Shown here piece after piece: positions 11,010-20,930 of a stretch of DNA of 64,000 bases. Source of the DNA: an uncultured Verrucomicrobiae bacterium (lineage in GTDB: Bacteria; Verrucomicrobiota; Verrucomicrobiia; Limisphaerales; Palsa-1400); contig CAVPOM010000009.1 of assembly GCA_963707025.1 (NCBI GenBank), positions 160,001 to 224,000 of the forward strand, read 5' to 3'. Both the position numbers and the translations under genes were made by a program. Below the pieces are notes generated by a model. It did no database searches and was not told the origin of the DNA. It worked only from the letters and a program-made list of their open reading frames with translations. The number at the start of each line of letters is the position of its first letter. The stretch's first letter is position 1.

Positions 11010-11748
11010 ATGACCCGCGCCTATTATGAGAGCGACCACGCCGCCGCGGAATATCTTCTCCTTCATTACGGCGGCGCGGGCCGCTCCAATTTCCCGGCGC
11101 GCTGCGCCAGCCAACTGCTGGCGCGGCCTCTCCCGCCGCCCGCGCGCGGCCTGGACCTCGGTTGCGCCGTGGGCCGCTCCAGCTTTGAACTGGCCCGGCG
11201 CTGCGCCGAGGTGGTGGGGATTGACGCTTCCGCGCGCTTCATCGCCATCGCCCGCCAGTTGCAGCAAAAGGGCTCGAATCCCTTTCCAGACCGCCGAAGA
11301 AGGCCGGCTCACCCGCCGCCGCCGCGCCGTCGTGCCCCGGGAAATTGACCGCCAGCGCGTCCGCTTCGAGCGGGGCGACGCCGTGAACCTCCCGTCCGGC
11401 CTGGGTCTGTTCGACGTGATTCTCATGGCCAATCTGATTGACAGACTCGGCCATCCGCGAAAATGCCTGGCCCAAATGCGCCATTTTTTGCGCCCGGGCG
11501 GCCGGCTCCTCATCACCTCCCCTTACACCTGGCTGGTGGAATACACGCCGCGCCGCCGCTGGCTGGGGGGTTTTGTGCGTCAGGGCCGCCCCGTCAGAAC
11601 GTTCGACACCCTGCGTCAAATCCTTTCCCCGCATTTTCGACTTGTCAGCCGCCGCGATCTTCCCTTCCTCATCCGCGAACACGCCCGCAAATTTCAACTG
11701 GGCCTGGCCGAGGCCAGCCTCTGGCTGCGCCGCCCCTGGCGCCTTTGA
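11010..11748 (+). pseudogene. SAM-dependent methyltransferase resembling the OvoA C-terminal (mercaptohistidine N-methyltransferase) domain; +1 frameshift near 11277
   Basis: Frame A from ATG 11010: YYES..EYLLLHYG, LDLGCAVGRSSFELAR; frame B continues IPFQTAEEG, NLIDRL, SPYTWL.EYTP..WLGG, IREHARKFQ. GGC TCG A ATC CCT has one extra A. Confidence 0.8.
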
Positions 11749-11797
11749 CTTTTCCGTTGCCGTTTTCCCCATCCTCATCCTAATCTTATCCGATCGA

Positions 11798-13414
11798 ATG
11801 CACGACCAATCCCCGCCAGCCGCGACCGCCCGGGAACCGGGAGATGCGAGGCTGGGCGATGTGCCTCCAGCGGTCGCCCGCCAGTCTTTGCATTGGTTGC
11901 AGCGTTACCTCGCCGGGCGTTTCGGCGGCCCGACCACTGCGCCGGTGGCCGGCGCGTGGACCCGGGGACAACTGATCAAAGCGGCAGGCCCGCTGCCCGA
12001 AGAACCACGCCCTTTGCCGGGGACACTGGCCTTTTTCGAGGCCCAGGTTGCGCCGGGCCTGCTGCGCTGGAACCATCCCCGCTTTGCCGCCTACTTCGCG
12101 ACCAGCGCGCCCGCGCCCTCCATTATTGCCGAGGCGTTGGTGGCCGCCCACAACAGCAATGCCATGCTCGCTTCGGCCAGTCCGGCCGGGGCGGAACTCG
12201 AAGCCATTGTTGGACAATGGTACCATCAACTGCTGCACGTTCCGGCCTGCCTCTCCCCTCAATTGTTCACCAGCGCCTCCCAGAGTCATCAGCACGCCCT
12301 CGTGGCCGCCATCAACCGGAAAACCAAGGGCTTGGCGCGGCGGGCTGGCCTGACCGGTCAGCGTCCTTTGGCCATTTATACTTCGGAGCTGGGCCACTTC
12401 TTCGCCCGCAAGAACGCAGTGGCCGCGGGCCTCGGCGAGGCCTGGGTGCGGGCGGTTCCGGCCGATGAGCGAGGCTCGATGGTTCTCAGCGCCTTGGATC
12501 AAATGATCGCGGCCGACATCGCCGCCGGGATCCAGCCCGTCATGGTGATTGCCACGGTGGGCACGACTTCCATCACCTCGGTGGATGAGGTGGCCGGCAT
12601 CGCCCAAATCTGCCGGCGGCATGCGGCCTGGTGTTATGTGGACGCGGCTTACGGGGGCGCCTTTGCCTGTCTGCCGGAGTGCCGCTGGGTGGCCGACGGA
12701 TGGGACTTGGCCGATGCGGTTTGCGTCAATCCCCACAAGGGATTGTTTGTGCCGCAAGGCTGCAGCGTGCTGTTTCTGAGGGACCGCCAGGAGTTGCGCC
12801 GGGTGTGCGACCACCGCGCCGAGTATCTCCCGGCCTCCGACCCTGAAGAAGGTGATCCGATGGATTTCACCTTCTTGTGCGGCGTGCGGGTCAACACTTT
12901 GGCCTCATTCTTCAACCTGATGACCTTCGGCGCCGAAGGAATGCGCCGGCGCGTGCGGGCAGTCCTGGGCCTGGCCACCTTTGCGGCCGGCCAAATCGCG
13001 GGCGATCCCATGTTCGAGCTTCTCGCCCGTCCCCGGTTCAGCACGGTCTGTTTCACTCTGCGAGGCGATCCTGGCCAGTCGCGGCAGGCCGTGGATGCAA
13101 CCATCTGTCAAGTGTGCAGCTCCATTCAAGCCGCCGGCCGCTGCTGCATCTCCCAAACCCGCTACCGCAACCGCCTCTGGTTCCGTTTGGCCATAGGGAA
13201 CCTCAACACCACCCGCGATGACGTGAACTTCATCCTCGACGAAGTGCGCCACACCGTCATCCAGGCCAAAGCCGGGGGATTTGCTTCGCCGCCCGCGGCT
13301 TCCACCCCCATTCACGGCGTCCGGCGTTTGAAAGCCCAAACCAAGAGCACGAAACCGCAGACAAAGAGCAAAATCGCGATGAGGGTTCCAACCAGGCGCA
13401 GCAGGCGGGCATGA
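11798..13414 (+). CDS. Group II PLP-dependent amino-acid decarboxylase
   Basis: WNHPRFAAYF, SPAGAELE, ATVGTT, YVDAAYGG, NPHK (PLP lysine); ATG 11798 preferred; 3' tail overlaps the next gene by about 100 bp. Confidence 0.88.
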   Translation: MHDQSPPAATAREPGDARLGDVPPAVARQSLHWLQRYLAGRFGGPTTAPVAGAWTRGQLIKAAGPLPEEPRPLPGTLAFFEAQVAPGLLRWNHPRFAAYFATSAPAPSIIAEALVAAHNSNAMLASASPAGAELEAIVGQWYHQLLHVPACLSPQLFTSASQSHQHALVAAINRKTKGLARRAGLTGQRPLAIYTSELGHFFARKNAVAAGLGEAWVRAVPADERGSMVLSALDQMIAADIAAGIQPVMVIATVGTTSITSVDEVAGIAQICRRHAAWCYVDAAYGGAFACLPECRWVADGWDLADAVCVNPHKGLFVPQGCSVLFLRDRQELRRVCDHRAEYLPASDPEEGDPMDFTFLCGVRVNTLASFFNLMTFGAEGMRRRVRAVLGLATFAAGQIAGDPMFELLARPRFSTVCFTLRGDPGQSRQAVDATICQVCSSIQAAGRCCISQTRYRNRLWFRLAIGNLNTTRDDVNFILDEVRHTVIQAKAGGFASPPAASTPIHGVRRLKAQTKSTKPQTKSKIAMRVPTRRSRRA

Positions 13415-13929
13415 CGGAGAAGTTTGTCGCGCTTGGCCTGCTCGGCAATCTTGAAAAGTTCGAATTGCCGGGCCAGCGCCTCGGGATCGGCCCCTTTCTG
13501 GCGGATGCGCAAGGCCAGCCATCCCGGCCCGGCCGCGCCGAAACTGGCCGGCAGATTCTCCAGCATTTCACGGCTGGCTTCGGTGAAGCCGGCCTCCGTC
13601 CGCCAATAGGGCGCGGTTTCGCGTGTCCACAGCCGGAACAGTCCGTGATTTTGCGCGGTGCTTTGCAGTTGTTGCCACAGCCGTGGACGCCAGAGGTCGG
13701 TTTGGCCGAAATCGCCAAAAGTCTCGCTGTGGATGCGGCCTTGGTTCCCGGCTACTTGCAAGGCGATGGCGGCGGCCACGCCCCCCCGGTCGTCCTCCGC
13801 CACTTGAAAGTCGGTGAACTGTTTTTCCAACTGGGCGACGGGAAACTGCTCCGCCTGCCAGAGCGCTTTCAACTGCTCCAGATCATCGGTCGTGGCCCGC
13901 CGGGTGCGATGACTGCTCAGAGGGTTCAC
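13312..13929 (-). CDS. GNAT-fold-like protein with C-terminal transmembrane helix
   Basis: RRATTDDL start, FQVAE, LWTRETAPYW..AGF resemble ArgA-type GNATs; hydrophobic C-terminal helix; 6 bp downstream of pheA. Confidence 0.55.
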   Translation of the reverse strand: MNPLSSHRTRRATTDDLEQLKALWQAEQFPVAQLEKQFTDFQVAEDDRGGVAAAIALQVAGNQGRIHSETFGDFGQTDLWRPRLWQQLQSTAQNHGLFRLWTRETAPYWRTEAGFTEASREMLENLPASFGAAGPGWLALRIRQKGADPEALARQFELFKIAEQAKRDKLLRHARLLRLVGTLIAILLFVCGFVLLVWAFKRRTP

Positions 13930-13935
13930 AGGGCG

Positions 13936-15027
13936 CTATGCGCTGTTGGGATAGGAGCCGAGCACTTTGGCGAAATTGCAGACGCTTTCCAGGCTGGCAA
14001 TGGCCCTGGCCACCTTGCGGTCCTTCATGTGCCCGTCGCAGTCAACAAAAAAGAAATACTCCCAGGCCTTGCGCTTGCTCGGGCGCGATTCAATTTTTGT
14101 CATGTTCAACCGGTAACGGCGGAAGGGGCCCAGCGCGTTGTAGAGCGCCCCGACTTCATCGGCGATGCTCAACATCAGGCTGGTGCGGTCGTGGCCGCTG
14201 GGCGGGCTGCACTGCCGGCCCAGGACCAGGAAGCGGGTGGCGTTGCCCGTGAAATCCTGGAGGTTGTGCTCGATTATTCTCAAACCGTATTTCTCCGCCG
14301 CCAGCACCCCCGTGATGGCCGCGGTCCTGGGGCGGCGCGCCGCGCCCGTGGCCGGGCCGGGCGGCTGGGCCGCCAGTTCGGCCGAGCGGGCGTTGGAGGA
14401 CGTTTCCAGGATTTCCGCCCCGGGCAAATTCCGCCGCACCCAGAGGCGGCATTGGGCCAGGGCCTGGGGATGAACATAGAGGCGCCGCACCTCCCTGGCG
14501 GCCGCCCGGCCCGCCAGGCAATAGCGGATGGGCAGGATGATTTGCGCCACAATTTTGAGATCGCTCTCCACGAACATGTCCAGCGTTTCCTCCACCACTC
14601 CTTCGGTGGAATTCTCCACCGGCGCCACCCCGTAATCGGCGCGATTTTTGCTCACCTCGGAGAAAACATCCGCGATGGTTCGTTGCGCGGCGTAACGCAG
14701 GCTGGCCCCGAATTTCCGGATGGCCGCCTGGTGGGTGAAGGTGGCCTCCGGCCCGAGGTAGGCGATGGTCATGGTCTTTTGCAGCGAGAGCGCGCTGGAC
14801 ATGACTTCGCGATAAATGGCGCGCAAGGACTCGTCGGTGATGGGCCCCGGGTTTAACTTGCCGAGGCGCTGCAGCACCATCCGCTCCCGATGCGGCACGT
14901 AAATGGCTTCGCCCGCCTTGACCTTGATGGCGCCGATTTCCAGAACATGCCGGGTGCGCTCATTGAGGAGCTGGACGATGCGGGCGTCCAGCCGGTCAAT
15001 GGCCTTGCGCAGTTCAGGAATGTTCAT
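13936..15027 (-). CDS. pheA: Chorismate mutase / prephenate dehydratase (P-protein)
   Basis: LRKAIDRLD CM domain, AYLGPEATFTH, PVENSTEG, NATRF, KIESRP ACT domain. Confidence 0.97.
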   Translation of the reverse strand: MNIPELRKAIDRLDARIVQLLNERTRHVLEIGAIKVKAGEAIYVPHRERMVLQRLGKLNPGPITDESLRAIYREVMSSALSLQKTMTIAYLGPEATFTHQAAIRKFGASLRYAAQRTIADVFSEVSKNRADYGVAPVENSTEGVVEETLDMFVESDLKIVAQIILPIRYCLAGRAAAREVRRLYVHPQALAQCRLWVRRNLPGAEILETSSNARSAELAAQPPGPATGAARRPRTAAITGVLAAEKYGLRIIEHNLQDFTGNATRFLVLGRQCSPPSGHDRTSLMLSIADEVGALYNALGPFRRYRLNMTKIESRPSKRKAWEYFFFVDCDGHMKDRKVARAIASLESVCNFAKVLGSYPNSA

Positions 15028-15231
15028 TGCCGGAAACGATACACAACTCCCGCCCAAAAGCAGGAGAAAAATGTTGTCCGAACCAATTTTCAGCAAGCTC
15101 TGGTCAACCTTCAGGCAGTAGAGTTGACACCTTGCGAATCGCCCTCAAGCCAACTCTTCAAAATCGTCTTCACGCTCGAACTGGAATTCATCGAATCTCT
15201 TGTTGCCTCGTAAGATTGTCATAAAGTTGAG

Positions 15232-15954
15232 TTACTCCGCGGAATTGTCTTTGGGCGGTTGAGGTTCGCCGGCGGGCGGCTCAGGAACGGCGGCCTCCGG
15301 CGCTTTTTCCTGCTCCACTTCCGCCAGGCTGAGTTGCTCGGGGGCGACCGTGGCCAGGCCGGGATCGGCTGTCAATAATCCTTCCGGGCGCGTCACCGGG
15401 ATGCGGCGCAGTTCGTCGGCGGCGGGCAATCCATCCAGGCTGGGCAAACCAAAATACTCCAAAAACAAGGGCGTGGTCCCGTAGGTCATGGGATGGCCCA
15501 CCACGTCGGCCCGGCCCGCTTGCCCGATCAGCCCGCGCTCCTGCAAGGTCGCCATCACCCCGTCTATGGTGACGCCCCGGACTTGCTCGATTTCGGCGCG
15601 CGTGACCGGCTGACGGTAGGCGATGATGGCCAGGGTTTCCAACGCCGGCAGCGAAAGGCGCGGCGGGCGCGCCTTCAATCCCACCAGCGCGATGACCCAC
15701 GGCGCGTATTCCGGCTGGGTGACAAATTGCCAGGCCCCCGCCACGCAGGCCAGCCGGTAGCTGCGCCCGGCCGTTTCGTGGTCGCCGCGCAATTGTTCCA
15801 AGGCGGCCTCCACGGCGTCCTCCTTCGTTTTTTTGAACGGCTTGGCTTCGTCCCCATGCCCGGCGGCGGCGGCCAGGAGATCGCGCAGCTCCTTGGAGGT
15901 GAGCGGTTTTTGGGCGGAAAACAGAATGGCTTCCAATATCAATTTGAGTTCCAT
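15232..15954 (-). CDS. scpB: SMC-Scp complex subunit ScpB
   Basis: LEAILF, LETLAIIAYRQPVTRAEIEQVRGV, YGTT..FLEYFGL. Confidence 0.96.
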   Translation of the reverse strand: MELKLILEAILFSAQKPLTSKELRDLLAAAAGHGDEAKPFKKTKEDAVEAALEQLRGDHETAGRSYRLACVAGAWQFVTQPEYAPWVIALVGLKARPPRLSLPALETLAIIAYRQPVTRAEIEQVRGVTIDGVMATLQERGLIGQAGRADVVGHPMTYGTTPLFLEYFGLPSLDGLPAADELRRIPVTRPEGLLTADPGLATVAPEQLSLAEVEQEKAPEAAVPEPPAGEPQPPKDNSAE

Positions 15955-15956
15955 GT

Positions 15957-16697
15957 TCAGGCGGTCACCGGCCGGGCCGGCGTTCTGGTGATTTCAATTT
16001 CCCCGAAGTCTTGCCGCTGGATGCAGAGGAGTTGTTTGAGCCGGATCAATTCCAGCAGCGCCAAAAAGGTGCAGACCACTTCGGAACGGCTGCCGGCGCA
16101 GGCAAACAAATCCGAGAATTTCACCACGGCCTGCTCCGCCGTCAATTTGAGCAGGTATTCGATTTTTTCGCTGACCGACCATTTGTCTTCAAAAATGTCG
16201 CGCAAATCCTCGCGTTGGCCGGTTCGTTGCAGCACGGCCTGGAGGGCGTTGATCAGATCGAAGAGCGACACGTCCGGTTTGCGCGCGGCGGGCGCGGGCA
16301 GATCCGGCCGCCCCGGCAGGCGGGGATAGATGTTTTCCTGCGCGATTTCGCGCTGCTGCAACAGGGCGGCGGCGTCCTTGAATTTCTTATAGGCCACCAA
16401 TTGGCGGATCAGTTCCCAGCGCGGGTCTTCCCCTTCGTCCTCTTCCCCGGCGGGCGCTTGCATCTCCTTGGGCAGCAACTCGCGGCTCTTGATATACATA
16501 AGGGTGGAGGCCATGACCAGGAATTCCCCGGCGACCTCCAAATCCAGCAGCCGCATCACCTCGATATATTCGATAAACTGGGTGGCCAGCTTGGTAAGAT
16601 TGACCTCGTAAATATCCACCTCCTCCTTCTTGATGAGGTGGAGCAGCAGATCCAGCGGCCCCTCAAAAACTTCAAATTTGATTTTGTATTCGGCCAT
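15957..16697 (-). CDS. scpA: Segregation and condensation protein ScpA
   Basis: FEGPLDLLLHLI, EFLVMASTL.YIKSRELLP, TFLALLEL. Confidence 0.96.
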   Translation of the reverse strand: MAEYKIKFEVFEGPLDLLLHLIKKEEVDIYEVNLTKLATQFIEYIEVMRLLDLEVAGEFLVMASTLMYIKSRELLPKEMQAPAGEEDEGEDPRWELIRQLVAYKKFKDAAALLQQREIAQENIYPRLPGRPDLPAPAARKPDVSLFDLINALQAVLQRTGQREDLRDIFEDKWSVSEKIEYLLKLTAEQAVVKFSDLFACAGSRSEVVCTFLALLELIRLKQLLCIQRQDFGEIEITRTPARPVTA

Positions 16698-16858
16698 GGC
16701 CTATGCCCGAATGCTAGAACTGCGCTCTGCCGTTTGGCAACGCTAGAGTGGAACAATCCGGGAATGGTGGATTGTGAATCGAGAATAGTGAAAGCACAAC
16801 ATCCCCACTTTCCCAATTCAACATTCAACCTTCAAAATTCCCTTAAATCCGCAATTCC

Positions 16859-18079
16859 CTACCTCCCCGCCAGCGCCTGTTCCTTCCCCGTCCCGCACTG
16901 CCGCCGCCAGTGTTCGGCGCGATGGGCCAGTCCCAACTCCGCCAAATAGCCTGCCTGGATGGACATGGGGACGAGCACCGCGCGGTCCGGGTTCATCTCG
17001 TGATCCAGGATGTTGGCGACATGCACCGCTGTCAGCGGGTGGAAACCCGACCCGGCCAGTTGCCTGGGGTAGTGATGCAAGGCCACCGCTTCCACGATGG
17101 GCCGGGGCAGTCCCCAGATGCCCAGCAGACATCCGCCCAATTCCGCGTGGCCGGCGTTGGGGAAGAGTTGCGTTTCCGCGTCCCAAAAGCTGCATTTTTC
17201 CTCGCGGGCCAGCACCAGGGTCTTGGCAAACAGTCCGGGCAGATTGGCGCAGAAAAGCAACTTGCCGATGTCATGCAGCAGACCGGCGGCAAAGGCCTGC
17301 TCGGCCACCTCCAGGCCGCCCTTTTCCATCAGGGCAATTTTCTGCGCCATCTGGCCCACGTTGACACTGTGGCGCCAGAGCGACTCGACGGAAAATCCGG
17401 GCAGTTTGATTTTATCGAAAGAAGAGACGGTGTGGGCGAGGAGGACCAGGGCTTTGGTGGTTTCCAGGCCGATGTAAGCGATGGCCTCCAGCGGCTGGTT
17501 GACCTGCAATTCCAGCCCGAAGACCGCCGAGTTGGCCAACTGCAACACCTTGGCGGTGATGGCCGGGTCCTCCGCGATCAGTTCGCCGATTCTTTCCAGC
17601 GAGGCGCGCGGGGAGCGGATTTCCTCGACCACCTTGAAATAGGTGGTGGGCGGGCTGGGCACCTGGCGCATTTGCGCGATCAGCCCATGCACCGCCTGGC
17701 TGGGCAGCCAGACCTCGTGGGCGAAGGCCTCCTCCAGCGCGTTCAAAAGGGTCTCCACTCCGAATGGTTTCAACAGGTGGTGGTGCGGCTTGCCCACGCA
17801 CTGCACCGTGTTGTCCGTGTCGGCAACGTCGGAGAGCACGAAGCGGTGGGCGGAGGGCTGGCGCTGCATGAACTGGTCCAGCAACTCAAGCCCGTTCATG
17901 TCTGCCAGCAGCACGTCGGCCACCACCACCGCGAAGTTGAATTGATGCGCCAGGGACAGCGCCTCCTGGCCGGTGCGGGCGCACTGGGCCAACCACTCCC
18001 CTTCCACGGTGGCGGTATGGGCCTGAAATTCGTTCCAAAGGGCCTGATCTTTGGCGACAAACAGAATGCGCTTCTTCAT
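16859..18079 (-). CDS. Receiver + HDOD domain signalling protein
   Basis: N-terminal REC-like domain (ADVLLADMNG, LLKPF); DPAITAKVLQLANS, LWRHS, GLLHDIGK, HAELG HDOD motifs. Confidence 0.9.
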   Translation of the reverse strand: MKKRILFVAKDQALWNEFQAHTATVEGEWLAQCARTGQEALSLAHQFNFAVVVADVLLADMNGLELLDQFMQRQPSAHRFVLSDVADTDNTVQCVGKPHHHLLKPFGVETLLNALEEAFAHEVWLPSQAVHGLIAQMRQVPSPPTTYFKVVEEIRSPRASLERIGELIAEDPAITAKVLQLANSAVFGLELQVNQPLEAIAYIGLETTKALVLLAHTVSSFDKIKLPGFSVESLWRHSVNVGQMAQKIALMEKGGLEVAEQAFAAGLLHDIGKLLFCANLPGLFAKTLVLAREEKCSFWDAETQLFPNAGHAELGGCLLGIWGLPRPIVEAVALHHYPRQLAGSGFHPLTAVHVANILDHEMNPDRAVLVPMSIQAGYLAELGLAHRAEHWRRQCGTGKEQALAGR

Positions 18080-18447
18080 TTTGGCTTATCAGAAGGCGAC
18101 GCCCCGCCGGCGCCCTCGGTCACAATCATTCGAGCTGCCTTTACCCAGGCATTATCGTCAGAACCACGCCAAAACTTGAGCCGGCCAAAAAGAACCAACC
18201 CAACGGCTGTTTCCTGCTTCCGGAGAGGGTGCGCTCCCAGGCGCGCCACGGGCCGCGCCTCGGGGCCCGCCTCACCGATCCTCCTCATTTTGGATGCGAC
18301 CGCATCCCGCCACTGCCACCATGCCGTTTGCCAGTTTCCCCGCCCCAAGAGGCGGCGGGAGCCTCAGCCGGCAGGGAGGGAGCCAGGTAATTGTCCATCA
18401 AACATGAAGCGACCCGCACTTTGCTGACTTGTAACGTCCCTCCCGGA

Positions 18448-19218
18448 TTAGGACGGGGTCAGGAGTGCGGCCACAATGCGGAAGCCGTACCAGACGCCAA
18501 AAGTGATCAACGCCGCGGTCCGATAGCGAAGGGACGCAACTTTGCTCACGCCGAGGCTCAAAACCCCCAGCCACCAAATATCGCCCGCGTCTATCATGGA
18601 CAAAAAGACATGCGCCTTGTTGGTCGCAGTGGGATTGGCCAGGAAGAGGGTCGGGCTGGCTGTGGCCAGCAGGTTATCCTTCCACAAGACCAGGAAGCTG
18701 CGGAGGATTTTTTGCGGGACGTCCAGCACCAGGGCCAGTCCGCAGATTTCGACCACTTTCATGTAAGCGAGCCTGGCCCCTGGGCAACATTTAAGCGCGA
18801 GCCACAGCGCCGCGCCCATCAGAAAAAGCCCGGCCACGGATGTCAGCATGGCCAAACCGCCCCCGACGATTCTCATGACCGCCGGTGTTATGTATTTCTC
18901 GGCCATGGCCGCGCCCTGGTCGGCTTGCGCCTGGGTGATTTTGCCCGCCGCAACTTGTTTTTGCATCCCCTTTTCCCGCTGCTCCTGCAGGCCGCGCAAA
19001 ATGGCCGGCTGCGAGAACGCTATGCTGGTGTAAACCACCGTGGCGAGGCAGGCCAGGATCAACGGCACCAGCCAGTTGGAGGCGCGCACGGGCGCCTGCT
19101 TGATTTCCGCAAAGACTTCGCCGGGCGCGGCGATGACGTTGGTAAGGCGGTCCGTGAGCGACGAAGGCCCGGGCGGAGCGCCCTCGGACGGGGCCGGAGC
19201 AATTGGTGCGGCATCCAT
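18448..19218 (-). CDS. Yip1-family membrane protein
   Basis: NVIAAPGEVF start and several hydrophobic helices. Confidence 0.7.
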   Translation of the reverse strand: MDAAPIAPAPSEGAPPGPSSLTDRLTNVIAAPGEVFAEIKQAPVRASNWLVPLILACLATVVYTSIAFSQPAILRGLQEQREKGMQKQVAAGKITQAQADQGAAMAEKYITPAVMRIVGGGLAMLTSVAGLFLMGAALWLALKCCPGARLAYMKVVEICGLALVLDVPQKILRSFLVLWKDNLLATASPTLFLANPTATNKAHVFLSMIDAGDIWWLGVLSLGVSKVASLRYRTAALITFGVWYGFRIVAALLTPS

Positions 19219-19475
19219 AGAAATTCTGTTGATACGCTTTTACCACTTTGGCCTGCCAGCGCAACCTTTCTTACAAGAGGAACCCCGGATTTTTACCAGC
19301 CGGCAGGGACAAATGATGCTTCGCCTTTCCATCCCCAATCGCAATCCCCCATCCCCTATCCGCAGTTGAGGAATTGCCGGATGAGAACGCAGAGTTGGCA
19401 ATAGAAAAAAACCCTTCGGGTTCTTTGCGCTCTTTTGCGGCAAATCAAGTCCGCCATCCCCAATCCGCAATGGGA

Positions 19476-20159
19476 TTACTTCCCCAAGGCCGTCACCTGC
19501 AAATCCGCAAACCAAATCGGCGTCCCCGAATAGGGCGTTCCCCAAAGCGAGGCCTTGCCGTGGGACGGCGCGGTTTTTTCCTCCACCGCGACCATCCAAT
19601 CCTTCGGTTCCGGGGTCCCTTGCTCCCACGCTTTGCCTTCCACCATCCAGGATGGCCCGTCGGTGGCGCGCACTTGCAGCCGCAGCATCGTCCAGGCGCC
19701 CGACTTCCAAACCAGGGCGGTGTTGGTGCGCATTTCATCCCCCTGGTAAATCTCCAGCGCCCCTTTGCCCGGCGAAACTCTCAGGCAATAGCCGCTGGCG
19801 CCATTTAACCCCACCCCAAAAGACGGGTAGCGCCGTTTCGTGCCCGTGCCAAAAATCCGCGCGCTGACACACACGCCGGAATTGGTGGCCGGCCCGAACA
19901 GCGCGCCGTAGAAATTTTCCGCAGGGGCGCCCGGCAACTCCAGCACCTTGCGGCCTTCCGCCTCCTTGACCTTAAAGTCGCCGTCCATCACCTTAATGTC
20001 CTCCGGCAGCGCGTCCACCGCCGCCTTCTCAAAATTATTTTCGTAAAGCACCTGTCCATCCGTTCCCTGCGCCTGCGCCATCCCCGCCCAAAAGCCGCAG
20101 ACAACCACAACTGAAATCCGGCAAACTATTTTCGCAAAATTCATTCTCATCGAATTCAT
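19476..20159 (-). CDS. Secreted hypothetical beta-sandwich (lectin-like) protein
   Basis: Signal peptide (AQAQ), LYENNFE, GKAWEQGTPEPKDW; no catalytic motif recognised. Confidence 0.55.
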   Translation of the reverse strand: MNSMRMNFAKIVCRISVVVVCGFWAGMAQAQGTDGQVLYENNFEKAAVDALPEDIKVMDGDFKVKEAEGRKVLELPGAPAENFYGALFGPATNSGVCVSARIFGTGTKRRYPSFGVGLNGASGYCLRVSPGKGALEIYQGDEMRTNTALVWKSGAWTMLRLQVRATDGPSWMVEGKAWEQGTPEPKDWMVAVEEKTAPSHGKASLWGTPYSGTPIWFADLQVTALGK

Positions 20160-20254
20160 TTTAGTAGGGAGATAAAATACCTCAACCGGAAAATTATTCC
20201 CCGGAGAAGATTTCAGCAGTTGCCGAATTGTCCCGTTTCGGCGAGTATGTCCGC

Positions 20255-20566
20255 ATGAGTGTTGCCGAATTGCCCATTCAGATTGACCGCGAGCAAATTG
20301 CGCGTTTCTGCCGGGAACGCGGCATTCGCAAACTGAGCCTCTTCGGTTCGGTCTTGCACAAGAGTTTCGATCCGCAGCGCAGCGACGTGGACGTGCTGGC
20401 GGAATTTGAGCCGGGGGTGCTGAAAAGCGTCGGCTTCCAATACTTCGGTTATGGCGAGGAACTCGCGGCCATCCTCGGACGCAAGGTGGATTTTTGTTCG
20501 CGGTTGCACCCGCTGATTCTTGGCCGCGTCAAGGACGAGTTGTTTCCTGTGTATGAGCGCGCCTGA
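20255..20566 (+). CDS. Minimal nucleotidyltransferase (MNT) antitoxin
   Basis: LFGS...SDVDVL motif, ILGRKVD; overlaps the downstream HEPN gene. Confidence 0.9.
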   Translation: MSVAELPIQIDREQIARFCRERGIRKLSLFGSVLHKSFDPQRSDVDVLAEFEPGVLKSVGFQYFGYGEELAAILGRKVDFCSRLHPLILGRVKDELFPVYERA

Positions 20567-20912
20567 CGCAGATTTGACGTTGCGGCAGATCGTCGAGATC
20601 TGCGACAAGGCCCGCGAGTTAAGGAACTCCCTGACGTGGGAGGAATTTCGCGGCGACTGGCGCCAGCAGATGTTGGGCGAGCGGTTGGTGGAGGTTTTAG
20701 GCGAGGCCGTCAAACGGCTGCCCGATGATTTGCGCAACCGGCATCCGCAACTGCCTTGGAAAAAGATTGCCGGCACGCGCGATTATATCGCCCACGGCTA
20801 CGACAGCGTGGATTATGACGTAATCCGGGGTGTGCTCGATGTTGAGGCGGGCAGGTTGAAAGAATCTGTGCAGGCCATTCTCGCCAAGGAATTTCCCGAA
20901 GCGCCCTCATAA
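20553..20912 (+). CDS. HEPN / DUF86 ribonuclease toxin
   Basis: LGEAVKRL, PWKKIAGTRDYIAHGY (R-x4-H). Confidence 0.9.
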   Translation: MSAPDADLTLRQIVEICDKARELRNSLTWEEFRGDWRQQMLGERLVEVLGEAVKRLPDDLRNRHPQLPWKKIAGTRDYIAHGYDSVDYDVIRGVLDVEAGRLKESVQAILAKEFPEAPS

Positions 20913-20930
20913 GAACCTCGTGCCACGAGC

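Noticed and set aside
11438..11797. 120-aa N-terminal extension of the decarboxylase ORF
   Set aside because: Overlaps the methyltransferase in another frame; ATG 11798 gives a normal-sized enzyme.
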